Shown one piece after another: positions 37,899 through 51,326 of a DNA stretch of 64,000 nucleotides (its first letter is position 1; each line of letters starts with the position of its first letter). The stretch comes from Octopus sinensis (lineage: Eukaryota). Where the stretch lies: assembly GCF_006345805.1 (NCBI RefSeq), contig NC_042998.1, positions 76,694,001 to 76,758,000 of the forward strand, written 5' to 3'. The notes under the pieces are model-generated. The model was not told the origin of the DNA. It ran no database searches and worked only from the letters and a program-made list of their open reading frames with translations. The translations under genes and the position numbers were made by a program.

Positions 37899-39009
37899 TG
37901 TGTACGTGTGCGTGCGTGTGTATGTATGCGTTAGTGTGTGTGTATATTTGTATGTACGTATGTAAAAGTGTATACCCAAGGGTCTGTTTATATTCAATTG
38001 AATTAGAACTTGCGTATAATGTTGTATACATGTCCATCATAAATATATATAAGCCTTAGTGTGTGTGAATGTGTATGTGTGCGTACATGTGCGTGCAAGG
38101 ACGTGCGATTGTGTATTCACTGGGAGCGCGAGTACAACCTTGTGTATGTGTTTCTGTCTATGTATGTATGTATATATAATTTAAATAACTAATGTATGTT
38201 TATGTATGTGTATATGCGGATGTGCGTGTGCGTGTGTCTGTGTGTGGATGGATGCATATTAAAAAAGGTCGGGTCGGTGATAGCGCTACTGTCTACAAAC
38301 CAATCTATAACGAAAAATACGTTCATGCTAAAGTACACACGGATTTGTTCTCTAGTTATGCATGCATTCACAAACGGCTGACTGAATACACAACGGGTCA
38401 TCAAGGTCGCTCATGGCTACACTCGCAGCGCTTATTGCACCGCCATCTATACACTCCAGATCCTAAGGAATTGTAAGTTCCGCGTTAAGTGAAGGATAAA
38501 CAACATCAACATATGGATTGTGGTACACTACGGCTGTTTCAGACGTATTTTTTTTATTGATGAACATAAGTGTTACATCATGCAAAATAAAACTGTTAAG
38601 AATTAACAACTAGAACTTCTCAAGAACAAGTACTTATTGCCAGATTACTCGACTGACCCAAATTCGGTCAGAAAATTTGGGTAGGCGAATCATCTGGCAA
38701 TGTATTGACCTTTAAATAAGTAATATTTATCTCTCGCCGAATGGAATACTTTTTGTTGAATGTTCTATCACGGCTCAGTACATTATATATATATATACAT
38801 ATATAGATATAGTTGAAATTTATATAAAACAAAGGACGAAGACAGGTGTATGATCAACAAGCAGGTGTATTAGTTTGATGCTCGGGAATGTGAAAAAGTA
38901 TTTTACGTATCGAGCCTACGATCTTCAACAGAAAGGCCTCTTCTTTGAGAAACACTGATTTAACCTAAATTTGAGACACCAGCAAAAGAAGAAATAAAGA
39001 TAGACTTTT

Positions 39010-39250
39010 TCTCGCGTACTCGTAATTTCGATCGCAACAGCTGATGTACTTGCACGTTCCCACGGCTTTATCGATCGCATTCTCACCTGGAATCGATTTT
39101 TGTAATTTATTCAAGACTTATAAACGCCCTGATACCGTCGGTATCTACATATCAAATTTGAGCGCAATCGGATGGAGGATGCCCGAGATCCTATAAGATA
39201 CACACACACACTCACACACAGACAGACAAAACGGATTTTATATAATAGAT
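39010..39250 (-). mobile_element. Probable non-autonomous Helitron-like element 5' end
   Basis: Minus strand starts ATCTATTATATAAAA, then (GTCT)n/(GT)n and CCGATTGCGCTCAAATTTG, as in non-autonomous Helitron-like repeats; no 3' CTAG end identified. Confidence 0.45.
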
Positions 39251-39265
39251 ATGTGTATATATATA

Positions 39266-39332
<67 letters not shown>

Positions 39333-40079
39333 CATATGCATGTGTGTGTGTGTGTGTGTTTTACATATCATAATATTTACGTACGTAAGACGCTTGGCGT
39401 AAGATTCTATTATTGAGTTTTCAATGATTAATTTCTCCGAGATTAATGCCATAGCGATGAGCTTTTGGTCGAAAATAATAAGCTATTTGTCAATGAAAAT
39501 GATAGAAGCTCCTTCTTCAGAGGATAAGGATTCAATCTGGTAAGTTGCATTGTAGATAAAGGAAATCTGAAAGAAGTGCTTTCCGCAAAATGTACCCGAA
39601 ACAGAATTATCAACAATTATATGACCGAGAAAGTGACTGGAAGCCTTCAGCAGAAGAAAGAACTGTAAACATTTAAGACTACTCGTGTCTGTGGAGTACT
39701 CAGCTTCTTACAGATTAATTTAACGAGTGCGTTCTCTGATAATCGAACAGCGAAATCCTAATCGTCAAAAACCAGCGGATAATTTTTGGAGCGGGGCAAT
39801 TAAGTTATGAGAATGATTAACTGTATGATGTGGGTAATGAATCCGTCCGTTTTCGACGTTTCGATGAAATAATTTCCTGACGGTGCCTTCGGATATCGAG
39901 TCCCTTATTCCTTTTGAATTTCCGAAGTACCATAGCCTAACTACATTAGTAATATATATTTTTTGTGAGTTGAATAGGAAAGTTGAATCTTATTATCCTC
40001 ATTCATAATCACCGGAATAAATTTTTGAAAAATAAACGAAAGGTATTAATACAATATTTTTCAATAATAATATATTGCA

Positions 40080-40190
40080 GGTCGGTTTGTGCTTTCACAA
40101 AGGATTTTCTCTGGGGAGCGCACATCCTCAAATTATCAAAATCTTCATCAAAAACATCGGCGTCTTAAATTAAAGGCCAAGAAATAAGGA
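40080..40190 (+). mobile_element. LINE RT C-terminal fragment, paralog of 41115-41220
   Basis: With one frameshift reads GLCF-TKDFLWGAHILKLSKSSSK, resembling GL.F..DLSW..HI...K.AS of CR1/Jockey-group LINEs. Confidence 0.55.
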
Positions 40191-41114
40191 AAATGTTAAA
40201 TCCATGACAAGACGATTGTTTATGTCCACTCTCAATACCAGGGGTTTTAATATCAAAGTCACCTTTACAGTGGATATGTTTTATAAATCATTCCTTTTAT
40301 TTTGTATTGTTGATGTTTTTCTACGCTATCTTCTCGATGCGGCTATAATTTCTCTATTTCTAATTTCGCTACTGATTTTTCTCTCTCGAAGTTTCGCATG
40401 TCAAATATACAATACGATGATTCAGCGGTTCTTTTAAATAGTAGAAAGTGGGCAATGACACTTTTGAAATCACTTAATATCGTGAACCCTTGCTGATATT
40501 TCTAAACCTTAATCTCTCTAAATTTCCTAACACTAATCCTTCTTTTCCTATATTCTTATATTTCCTTAATGTTTTTATTCGTTTCATTGCTTTAATATTT
40601 AAGGCTTTATTGTCTATTTAACTCAGCTTTGATAGCTCTTTTCTCATTTTATCTCTGTAACTTCCTTTCCATGTTGTTTCGGGTTTATATGTGTTCATTT
40701 ATTCTTTCAACTGTGAAGTTATATTTTTGTTTGATGTTACACCAACAGCTGAATAAATAAATCGGTTATCTATTTCACCGCTGGCGTTGCTTTCTATTTC
40801 TAAAATATCGCCCTGGGCTGTGGAAATCGGAAAGTTTTTTTATTTAGGGAGATTTCAACTGTTCTATATTTGTTGCATAAGCAATTAGTATTTCTATATT
40901 ATTAACTAAAATATCTTTTTGTATAGTTTGTATCAGCAGTAAATGTTTCAGATTTATCCACTAGTTTTAAGTCCTTTATATTGTTGTTCGTGGGATATTT
41001 CTACCCTACTAATAGAAATTACAGTGTATTTTTACAAACTGATAATGTTTATAATCACCTTGGGCATGTATACTCAAGGTCATTATAAACCATACTCAAG
41101 AGAATGTGTATTCA

Positions 41115-41490
41115 AGGACGGTTTGTGCTTTCACAGAGGATTTTCTCTAGGGAGCGCACATCCTCAAATTAGCAAAGTCTTCACCAAAAACATCAGCGTC
41201 TTACTTTAGGACCAGAAAACGCCCCTGTAATATCTTCTGGCTTATTGCAACGATTAAGAGAAATTGCCAGCGGAGTACTGCTCCCACGGTGTTGCTACTA
41301 CAAACGCTAACATTACAGTTCACATCCAAAGAAAGGCCACCAGATTCACAGGCATTAGGTCTCTCGCCAATACACTTCAACGTCTGGCTCACAAATGTGT
41401 TTTTTCTTCTCTCTGATTTTACTACCACTAATCTATACTCTTCGGTGCTTGTTGATTTCGCAGTATGTTATGCCCACTCCATTCTCAGGT
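41115..41490 (+). mobile_element. Decayed CR1/Jockey-group LINE 3' fragment
   Basis: EYCSHG...IQRKATRFTGIRSLANTLQRLAH resembles the EYCSH(IW)G..IQ.KA.R..G...L...LQ.LAH C-terminal motif. Confidence 0.65.
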
Positions 41491-42094
41491 CCCGCACTAA
41501 TTAATAAGTCAAGCCCTTTCTCCTCTGAGAAAGGAAAGAGGGGAAACAACAAGTATTTGGGAGAATAGTTGATGCGTATTGTTGAGTAAACTATTGGTAA
41601 GCCTTTGCTAATCAGTCGTATAACCTATCCAATATTGTCTAGAAATGATGATACTTTATGGTATATGATACTATATGTATATGTACATGATGATACGTTA
41701 TGAATATGTACGTATTACTACGGGAATACATCAATTTTGAATCTCTACTCTCTCTATTTGCTTTTATAGATCTTTGCATTTGTATAAAGTATGATTTTAA
41801 AATATTCATCAGCAAAAATTATTTTGCTTTAAATGTTTTTATGAATAATATCCAGCGAGATATTATTCCCTAGTCAGACTGACCCGATATGCACCATCAT
41901 GTATCCTCATGTACCATCTCAATAGTCTCTAATGATTTTAGTTTCCTGAAAAGTCTGTATGCTCATACAGAGAATGTTTACATATTCAGTGTGGAGTAAA
42001 GGAGCAACCAGCCAAATTTGTCCCCAAATTCACCCGAGTTATCATACATCGTATATGATCGAATACATTACACACACACACACACGCACGCACG

Positions 42095-42167
<73 letters not shown>

Positions 42168-42899
42168 AGAGACACACACACACACAAGGAAAAGTGTAGA
42201 TTTTAGGTTGTATAAAAATAATTTTCAAGATTTGCCACCAACATATTAATATCTATGAAACCATCGGCATATATTTTCTTCTTGTTATATCTTTCCCAAT
42301 CTTCCAAAATACTTTTCCGAATCATTCTTCCTTCTTTTCCACATTGAGGCTTTACCTCCAGTACTCCTCGAGAAAAGCAATAGATTATAGGTGAAGCTAA
42401 AAACCAATCACATCAATCAGACTAAACTGGAATATATTTCCGTTAGACTCTGTCGCCCTTCTTCAGATAAAATAATAGAGAAATATTAATGCGATAATAA
42501 TTTTAATGAAAATTAAACTTATTTTTAGTGATGAGACAGTTCTTTTTTAAATATTTAATCCTCATAACCTGTCGATCTCCGATCATAATCAAATGTCTAA
42601 GTTTTGGATATATGCATATTGCTGGATTGGATTGAAACTATGAACATTTATTTCTAAACTAATGGTAGTAACACTGTCATTCAAGAGGTAACTAATACAT
42701 GTATATTGCTTTTCTAACACCAGTTCAGAAATAATGGTTTACAAACCATATGTAGTCTAGAATTATATACAAATACTGTCTTAAGCAAGTGGTGACAATC
42801 GGAGATCAACCCAACAAAAAGTATTGTAAATGTACATATTAAAATACATTCTATATCTGAAGATGCTTAACAACATTTTGTCTGTCATAATATTCTGAA

Positions 42900-43030
42900 C
42901 TAAATTTCCACCGAGGTCGATTTCACCTTTTTTCCTTTTCGGCGTCGATGAAAAAAGTACCAGATCAGCACTAGGGTCGATGTTATCGACTAAGCCTTTC
43001 CCCTGAAATTTCTGGCGCTTGTGCCTATAT
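42900..43030 (+). mobile_element. Diverged SINE fragment
   Basis: AATTTCCACCGAGGTCGATTT..AAGTACCAG..GGGTCGATGTTATCGAC. Confidence 0.65.
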
Positions 43031-43800
43031 GAGAGAACATTATAATGATAAATAATTGTTGTTGTTATTGTTGAACAGGCTTTAGTCATGATCAAGCAAA
43101 TGCTTTGCAACCCTGACCGTCTACATTTATTTTCGGGTATTACGAAAGCAAAACAACATTAGAAGTAGTTTATAAATCTAACCAGTGAAACGACAATTAG
43201 AGGGATTTCTCTGCCATCTTACCTAACATTTATATAGTACACAACCCTAATAGTTAAATTCAGTTTAGAAATTGAAATGGGAAGTTGTAACATTCATGTT
43301 TTTTTTTTAATATATCATTAGTATTACAACTGAAGCGATTCGAAATGGTTATTTAAACGACATCACAATTAAAAATCATTCGTCGTCACCATATGTAACC
43401 ATCATGAGAAGGTGATCGATAATTATTTCTTTTTTCGCGACAGAAGTAATTTATGGAATAAGCGCCAAACAAATCAACAACAAAAAGTGTCGCTTTGGAC
43501 TGAATAGACCAGATGTTCGAATTTTAAATCTCACCTCACTGAGACAGATTAGTCAATGCAATTTCGCTAGACCTGTTCGCAATCAAGATATTTTACATCC
43601 AGTCTACGCGTCCGACTAACCGGTATGTGAAAAGATAATTATATATTTCTATGTTAATATATATTTGCTCGCAATTATAACGTTTGTTTAAGATTTGTTT
43701 TATATGTAGTCTTTGAGGTATTACGGAGCCATGAGCCAATGGGTCAAATTTCTTTTCTCATGACTAAAAATATTATGCGCGTAAGTGCATCTGTATATAT

Positions 43801-43842
<42 letters not shown>

Positions 43843-43944
43843 CGTATATTTGCCATTTTAATATGGCTACCCCTAAGGGTGAAATGGCAAATATACGTCA
43901 CGATGTGTTACCGCTACTGTATATAACTCACTTTGATGTTTATC

Positions 43945-44004
<60 letters not shown>

Positions 44005-44317
44005 CATGTATGTATATATAAATACATATATGTATGTATGTGTATGCTGCATATATATATATATATATGTATATATATGAATATATATATATGCGTACAT
44101 AAACATATATATTCATGTGTATGAATATATACGTATATGTAGATGCATATGCATTATATATAGGTGTGTTTATGTGCACTAATACATCTGTATGTTGTCT
44201 ACACCACCCGTCTTCGTTTTTTGTTTTTATGTGTGAATTATCCCTGTATGTGTGTATGTGTAAACAATCTAATCTAATATATATATATGTGTGTGTGTGT
44301 GTGTATGTAGACAATCT

Positions 44318-44348
<31 letters not shown>

Positions 44349-44445
44349 ATTTCAACAATTGAGGGTAAAATTAATTAATTATTAATCAATTTCACCAAGT
44401 ATTCAGTATGTAAAGAGACCATTATAGGCGAATTCAAAATATTAC

Positions 44446-44792
44446 ATTATATATAAGGGCTTAGTAAAATAAATTACTTTGCCACATACTGAACTCATTA
44501 GAAATAGCAGCTAAAGAAATTTCTTCAGCTATTTCTAATACTTAAAGAAGATCTCTCTCAGATAGTGTTTGCCTAAACTAACTCACAAAAGTATGGGGGA
44601 AAAAACATTAAAAAATCAACCTTTGCACTTGATTTTTTAATGTTTTTTCCCCCATACTTTTGTGAGTTAGTTTAGGCAAACACTATCTGAGAGAGATCTT
44701 CTTTAAGTATTAGAAATAGCTGAAGAAATTTCTTTAGCTGCTATTTCTAATGAGTTCAGTATGTGGCAAAGTAATTTATTTTACTAAGCCCT

Positions 44793-44802
<10 letters not shown>
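44446..44802. repeat. Perfect 174-bp-arm fold-back palindrome with a 9-nt loop
   Basis: 44446-44619 is the reverse complement of 44629-44802; the right arm runs into (TA)n; each arm has an internal 12-bp hairpin. Confidence 0.95.
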
Positions 44803-44850
<48 letters not shown>

Positions 44851-44852
<2 letters not shown>

Positions 44853-45315
44853 CTACGATGATCCGGTTCTTGACTGAAGACTGAGGGGTTCGAATGTCCT
44901 GTCCATGTTTATTGTATCGTCTTCTATGAGTTATACGTTCTTGTCCATGTTGTATTTGTTTGCTTGTTATCAGTCGTAAGACACTTGTTGTTTTCACCGT
45001 AAGACACTTGTTGTTTTCACCGTTAATGCTTCTGTATTTCTTGTTTCTGTATTCCATTATTGTTTTTTGTTTTTTTTATATCTGTCCCTTTTGCTGTCCT
45101 GGTGTTCGTATGCATTCGATCCTTCTTCCAGGAAATCTACGCTTCCAGCTTAGTTTTTCTTGGAGGGCTGGCCGTGATCTAGTAATCTCAAGATTAATCA
45201 GCCGAAATTACTACGATGATCCGGTTCTTGACTGAAGACTGAGGGGTTCGAATGTCCTGTCCATGTTTATTGTATCGTCTTCTATGAGTTATACGTTCTT
45301 GTCCATGTTGTATTT
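44851..45315 (+). mobile_element. PLE-type terminal region with 107-bp direct repeats 358 bp apart
   Basis: 44851-44957 = 45209-45315; homologous to 13130-13330 (minus). Confidence 0.65.
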
Positions 45316-45374
45316 TTCTACATACCTTAATATATATATATATATATATTTATATATATTTATATATATATATA

Positions 45375-47263
45375 TATATAAATATTTATATATATACATA
45401 CATACATACATAGATACATACAAGGGGTAATTCTTCCTTACCAGTTGATGACGTCATAGACGTCATAGGAGATCATCTCTATCTAAACTTGAATGGAGTT
45501 TACTTCTTCAAACGAGTGTTTAAGGTAATTTAAAAATAGGGATAAATTAGACAAATAAAACCCAGTACTAAGCTCAGCTCGTCAATTCTATGTTCCCAAA
45601 GATGAAACGCAAAACTGACCTCAGCAAGATTTGAACAAAGTGAGCTAACGCACGGAACGATGATCGTTGTGCATTCTCTCTAACACATTAACAACTCTGT
45701 TACAATGACGCCTATAATATTTCTATACAAGTACAACTAAATCCCGTTTTACACAGTACTTTACACTAGTTCGGACCGAATCACTTTAGAATAATTTTGC
45801 TAACGACCGTATAGTTAACCTCCCGGTTATTCATCCTCATTTCGTTTTATATTCATAAATCTTGTATATTGCACACTAAAATCAAGACTTAATGTAGATA
45901 TTTTTGAAATGTTTTCTTAAATATTTTCGAGATTGAATAATAAACAGGATTTCAATGTTAATAAAGTGGATTTCTCTCGAAATGAGAAGTTACATATTAA
46001 ATCAACTTCAAAATTGAAAAACTTCAACAGAGACTGCAAAGCAGTTCAATATAAAAGGGGCAGCAGTTAGAATAATTATAACAAACCAATATCAGAATCA
46101 GTAAAACCATCGCATCTTCCGTAATATAACAAAAACCAAGCAAACGTTGTAACATAACGAACGATGTTATTTTGACTATATAAAGCATCATATACTGCCA
46201 TAATATACCAATATACAATATACAATATTTGTACCAATATACAAACTTATATATATATATATATATATAATATATATATAATATATATATATGTGTGTGT
46301 GTTTTTGTGTGTGTGTATGAGTGCGTGTGTGTATATATATTATATATATATTATATATATTTATATATATATATATATATATAAATATTTATATATATAC
46401 ATACATACATACATAGATACATACAAGGGGTAATTCTTCCTTACCAGTTGATGACGTCATAGACGTCATAGGAGATCATCTCTATCTAAACTTGAATGGA
46501 GTTTACTTCTTCAAACGAGTGTTTAAGGTAAATTTAAAAATAGGGATAAATTAGACAAATAAAACCCAGTACTAAGCTCAGCTCGTCAATTCTATGTTCC
46601 CAAAGATGAAACGCAAAACTGACCTCAGCAAGATTTGAACAAAGTGAGCTAACGCACGGAACGATGATCGTTGTGCATTCTCTCTAACACATTAACAACT
46701 CTGTTACAATGACGCCTATAATATTTCTATACAAGTACAACTAAATCCCGTTTTACACAGTACTTTACACTAGTTCGGACCGAATCACTTTAGAATAATT
46801 TTGCTAACGACCGTATAGTTAACCTCCCGGTTATTCATCCTCATTTCGTTTTATATTCATAAATCTTGTATATTGCACACTAAAATCAAGACTTAATGTA
46901 GATATTTTTGAAATGTTTTCTTAAATATTTTCGAGATTGAATAATAAACAGGATTTCAAATGTTAATAAAGTGGATTTCTCTCGAAATGAGAAGTTACAT
47001 ATTAAATCAACTTCAAAATTGAAAAACTTCAACAGAGACTGCAAAGCAGTTCAATATAAAAGGGGCAGCAGTTAGAATAATTATAACAAACCAATATCAG
47101 AATCAGTAAAACCATCGCATCTTCCGTAATATAACAAAAACCAAGCAAACGTTGTAACATAACGAACGATGTTATTTTGACTATATAAAGCATCATATAC
47201 TGCCATAATATACCAATATACAATATACAATATTTGTACCAATATACAAACTTATATATATAT

Positions 47264-47319
<56 letters not shown>

Positions 47320-47338
47320 TTGTGTGTGTGTATGAGTG

Positions 47339-47369
<31 letters not shown>

Positions 47370-47370
47370 G
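45375..47370. repeat. ~1-kb near-identical tandem duplication
   Basis: Identical ORFs 46024-46218 and 47029-47223 (offset 1005); the differences seen are homopolymer and microsatellite length. Confidence 0.95.
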
Positions 47371-47805
47371 TTAGTCAAACGGACATCAATTATTAACTTG
47401 TCTCGATTGATAAATCTGATTATCGTTCTTGTGCCTCCGTACTAATGTTTATAGTTGGTTGGTTTAACCATTCTTAAAAGATTCCACTTCTGAAAATCTA
47501 GTTGTCACTATAGAGACTTCATTCTTTTCGATATAGGAGAAATAATTAATAGTTTAAAGAAAACATAGCATACACATAGAATATTCCTTTTTTAATCATT
47601 GTGCAGTCATATTACGTTGTTCTTTTTTGCCTACGTGACATTTTAGCCATTTATTAGTGCCCATGTTGCACTTGAAAGTGCGTTTATTTTGTTTATTACA
47701 TCATAAGTCACTTTAAAGTGCAACATGGACACTAAACAAACGGTTGAAACGTCACATAGGCGAAAACGAACTTGATATGACTGCAAGATGATTAGGAAAT
47801 GAATA

Positions 47806-47858
<53 letters not shown>

Positions 47859-47898
47859 CACACACATACACACACACATGCATACATACACACACATA

Positions 47899-48120
47899 CG
47901 AATAGGTACTGAAAAGTTCCTGCCTTTGAGTAGAATAAAAAAATAAACAGTGGGATCAATTAATCAAGATTTTATTTGACATATTACCCTTTCAGACTTA
48001 AACATTTATTGCAGCTATCCTTCAGTTTTTCTAAGCCCTCTTAAAGAACTCAGAAGGTTTGGTCGCAACCAGGTCTTTCACAATAACCTTAAAGCCAAGA
48101 ACTTTTCAGCACCCCTCGTG
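47899..48120. mobile_element. mariner-type MITE
   Basis: Left CGAATAGGTACTGAAAAGTTCCTGCCTTTGAG, right end reverse complement CACGAGGGGTGCTGAAAAGTTCTTGGCTTTAAGG; TA on both flanks; no ORF. Confidence 0.75.
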
Positions 48121-48124
48121 TAAT

Positions 48125-48196
<72 letters not shown>

Positions 48197-49134
48197 ACTA
48201 TATCATCTTGCTGATAATACATTTCTATTAGATTCATACTTAATTTATACCGAACCATACTGTTATAATTCACTATCTATTTTATAGCACAAGTAAATAT
48301 ATTCTAAAGTCATTAATATACAGAAATTAAATAAAATGTCTAGCATATTCCTTTAATACCAATAATACCAATATTATTACTCATTAATACCAATAAATTG
48401 CTATTTACTAATTAACTATAAATTTATATTAATTTGATTAATATTTATATAAATATGAAATTATTTCTATATTCTCCATCCCTATATTGTATAAGACACT
48501 AAAATTATTAGAATCCTTTGGAAAAAGACTATCTAAAATATACCTATTTATTTTAAATCATAAGTAGGATTATGGCTGTTAAATAGTTAAGTATTAGAAG
48601 TTTCTATTCTTCCTACCCCATCAGCTTTGGCCTAGTAATTTTAGCTGAATTAAACTCAACTGTACTAGAAGAAATTCTTCAAAGAGAGCTTGATTTATGG
48701 CTCTGCCACTCAAACTGTCTCTTCCTCTATCTATAATAGATGGATTCTTGGTGTTGTCTCCACCAGACTTAATAGAAAAATATTAAACCTTCTCCCCTAA
48801 TAGTAAATTTAAATAACAAAGTAAATTTAGTGATAAGTAGTGTATCCATAAATAAATATCATTTACTACCATGTTTCTGTTGATGAGACTGGTATCTCTG
48901 TTTATCTACTTACCCTCTTTGTGATGTTGGTAAACGGAATAAGTATAAAAAAGAATCTTTTCAATTTAACTAAATTCTATATTTATATGCAGCTGAAGAT
49001 TGCTCAACATTTTAAAACTGATGTAATACTTGCATTGTTTAATTAAATGAAGTCGCATGAAACGATCGTACTGCATTACCTTTGGCTATCCTTGTTGCTT
49101 ATTTTGATTATATATATATATATATATATATATA

Positions 49135-49360
49135 TTTCTTTACTGCCCACAAGGGGCTAAACATAGAGGGGACAAACAAGGACAGACAAAGGATTAAGTC
49201 GATTATATCGACCCCAGTGCGTAACTGGTACTTAATTTATCGACCCCGAAAGGATAAAAGGTAAAGTCGACCTCGGCGGAATTTGAATTCAGAACGTAAC
49301 GACAGACGACATACCGCTAAGCATTTCGCCCGGCGCGCTAACGTTTCTGCCAGCTTGCCG
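49135..49360 (-). mobile_element. Full-length tRNA-derived SINE
   Basis: Minus strand CGGCAAGCTGGCAGAAACGTTAGCGCGCCGGGCGAAATGC ... TTTAGCCCCTTGTGGGCAGTAAAGAAA. Confidence 0.85.
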
Positions 49361-49952
49361 TGTGTGTGTGTGTGTATGTGTCTGTGTGTGTGTGTGCGTG
49401 TGTGCATGCGTGCGTTACTATATCCCTGCTTTGTAGGTGTTTTTTGCCTCACGTTGTGCAACAGTTCTCTTAATTGTTCCTCCTAGTTGTATTATGATTA
49501 AAACAAAGGGCCCCAAATATTAGGGGAAGGGAGTTGATTGAATAAACACACGCATGACATTGAAAGAACAATAACAATAACAGAAAACAATGCACATTTA
49601 ATGAGATATTTAGTAGATTTAATCTATGCATGTGAATAGATTTAATCTATACACGAGAAGTACTCGTTTTTAGAATTAGTATCCGACATGAAAAACAAAG
49701 ACTACCACTGTGGTGGTGGTAGAAGCACACCATCATGATCATTGTCAGCGTTGTTGTCGTCGTGTATACGGATGTGTATGCTGATTTGTTCATATGCATG
49801 TATATATAAGTGTCGAAACATGTCCGTATATACATTGGTATATGCAAGAGTGTTCATGCTAACATCAAACCTAACTTGGTGTTCCTGTTTTTGAAATCCC
49901 ACTTGGTTTAGACGAATCCTACAAACAATATCAACACACACACACACACACA

Positions 49953-49996
<44 letters not shown>

Positions 49997-50791
49997 ATAC
50001 AATATAATTGTCTAAAGATTTATTGCTAAATAAAAAAAGTTGTATATATAAGACTTTGCTATTGATAATACCTGCTCTTAAATAGAGCATTTAAAGTCGG
50101 TGAGGTCAAATTCTACTACGTAATACAATTTAATGATCCTTAACTGAAAAAAAAAAAAGAAAACACCCATTAGACTATGATAAGAATTGAAACAAAGATA
50201 AAACTATTGATGTAGTTATATTTTTGACGGTGAAAGAAGTAACTTTTCATGTAACAGAGAGAAAAAAGGAAGAAGATGAGGGAAATAAACAAATAAGCTT
50301 TACGCTTGAATACTCTCTTTTCCCTATAAAGAAATATTAATTGCTGAAATTGGTTTCAATTTATAAGCCGAGTCTTGCTGACACACACCTGGTCCAGAAT
50401 ACTAATTTCTTGCAATTATCGTCTTTTTGATACCATTCAACCAATTATTTGGTACACTAATTTCTTTTTGGAAGGCTTGTGGGGATATGATATAAAATGC
50501 TATAAAGAAACGCAATTATTTGTTACTTAGCCCAACATAAACTATTGATCAGAATTATTAATACAAACGCTCCAGTGCTGTCCACCCTGTTTCTCTATCA
50601 AAAATTGTGTATCAAGGATTATAGTAGACCACGTATCCTTCCTGCTTTTATGAAAGACAGACATAATTTGAAAGAAATTTCACTACTGCACATGCACATA
50701 TACATGTATGTATGTGTATAGATAGATAGATATAAACATACATACATACAGGCATGTGTACATATATGTGTGTGTATGAATGTGTATATAT

Positions 50792-50829
<38 letters not shown>

Positions 50830-50986
50830 ATGTGTGTGTGTGTGTGTGTATGTGTGTATAAATGTATATATGTCTGCATATAAATGCATATATATATAGT
50901 GTGTGTGTGTGTATGCATATATTTATATAAATATATATACATACACACATATATATAAGTGTATATATGCATATATGTATATGTTT

Positions 50987-51056
<70 letters not shown>

Positions 51057-51134
51057 TAAGGGTAGAAATTGATATTTATCAATTAAGACCAGTGGTCTAG
51101 CATATTAAAAAAGAATCCGAAGATTAAAATATTT

Positions 51135-51326
51135 ATATATACCAATTAAGGACTGAACACGAAAAGTGGACAGTCAACATGCTAGATATAGACGTCAAAT
51201 CGCCATTCACCACAAAAGATTATGTTCTCCTGAGAACATAATCTTTTGTGGTGAATGGCGATTTGACGTCTATATCTAGCATGTTGACTGTCCACTTTTC
51301 GTGTTCAGTCCTTAATTGGTATATAT
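51135..51326. repeat. Perfect 95-bp-arm palindrome with a 2-nt loop
   Basis: 51135-51229 is the reverse complement of 51232-51326; the right arm runs into (TA)n. Confidence 0.95.

Noticed and set aside
40070-41220. Two similar ~100-bp blocks each preceded by AG, suggesting duplicated alternative exons
   Set aside because: Stops in the candidate frames; the sequence matches LINE RT C-terminal motifs and the second copy continues into more LINE sequence.
42425-42475. Minus-strand CTGAAGA...GAAA-TATATT hammerhead-like motif
   Set aside because: Stem I cannot pair and stem II is incomplete; at best a heavily decayed remnant.
48190-48960. Very AT-rich stretch suggesting a mitochondrial insertion (ILAELN resembles ND1); contains an ambiguous R base near 48738
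   Set aside because: The similarity does not continue into the conserved ND1 motif; HLADNTFLL could equally be a decayed L1-type RT. Unresolvable without BLAST.
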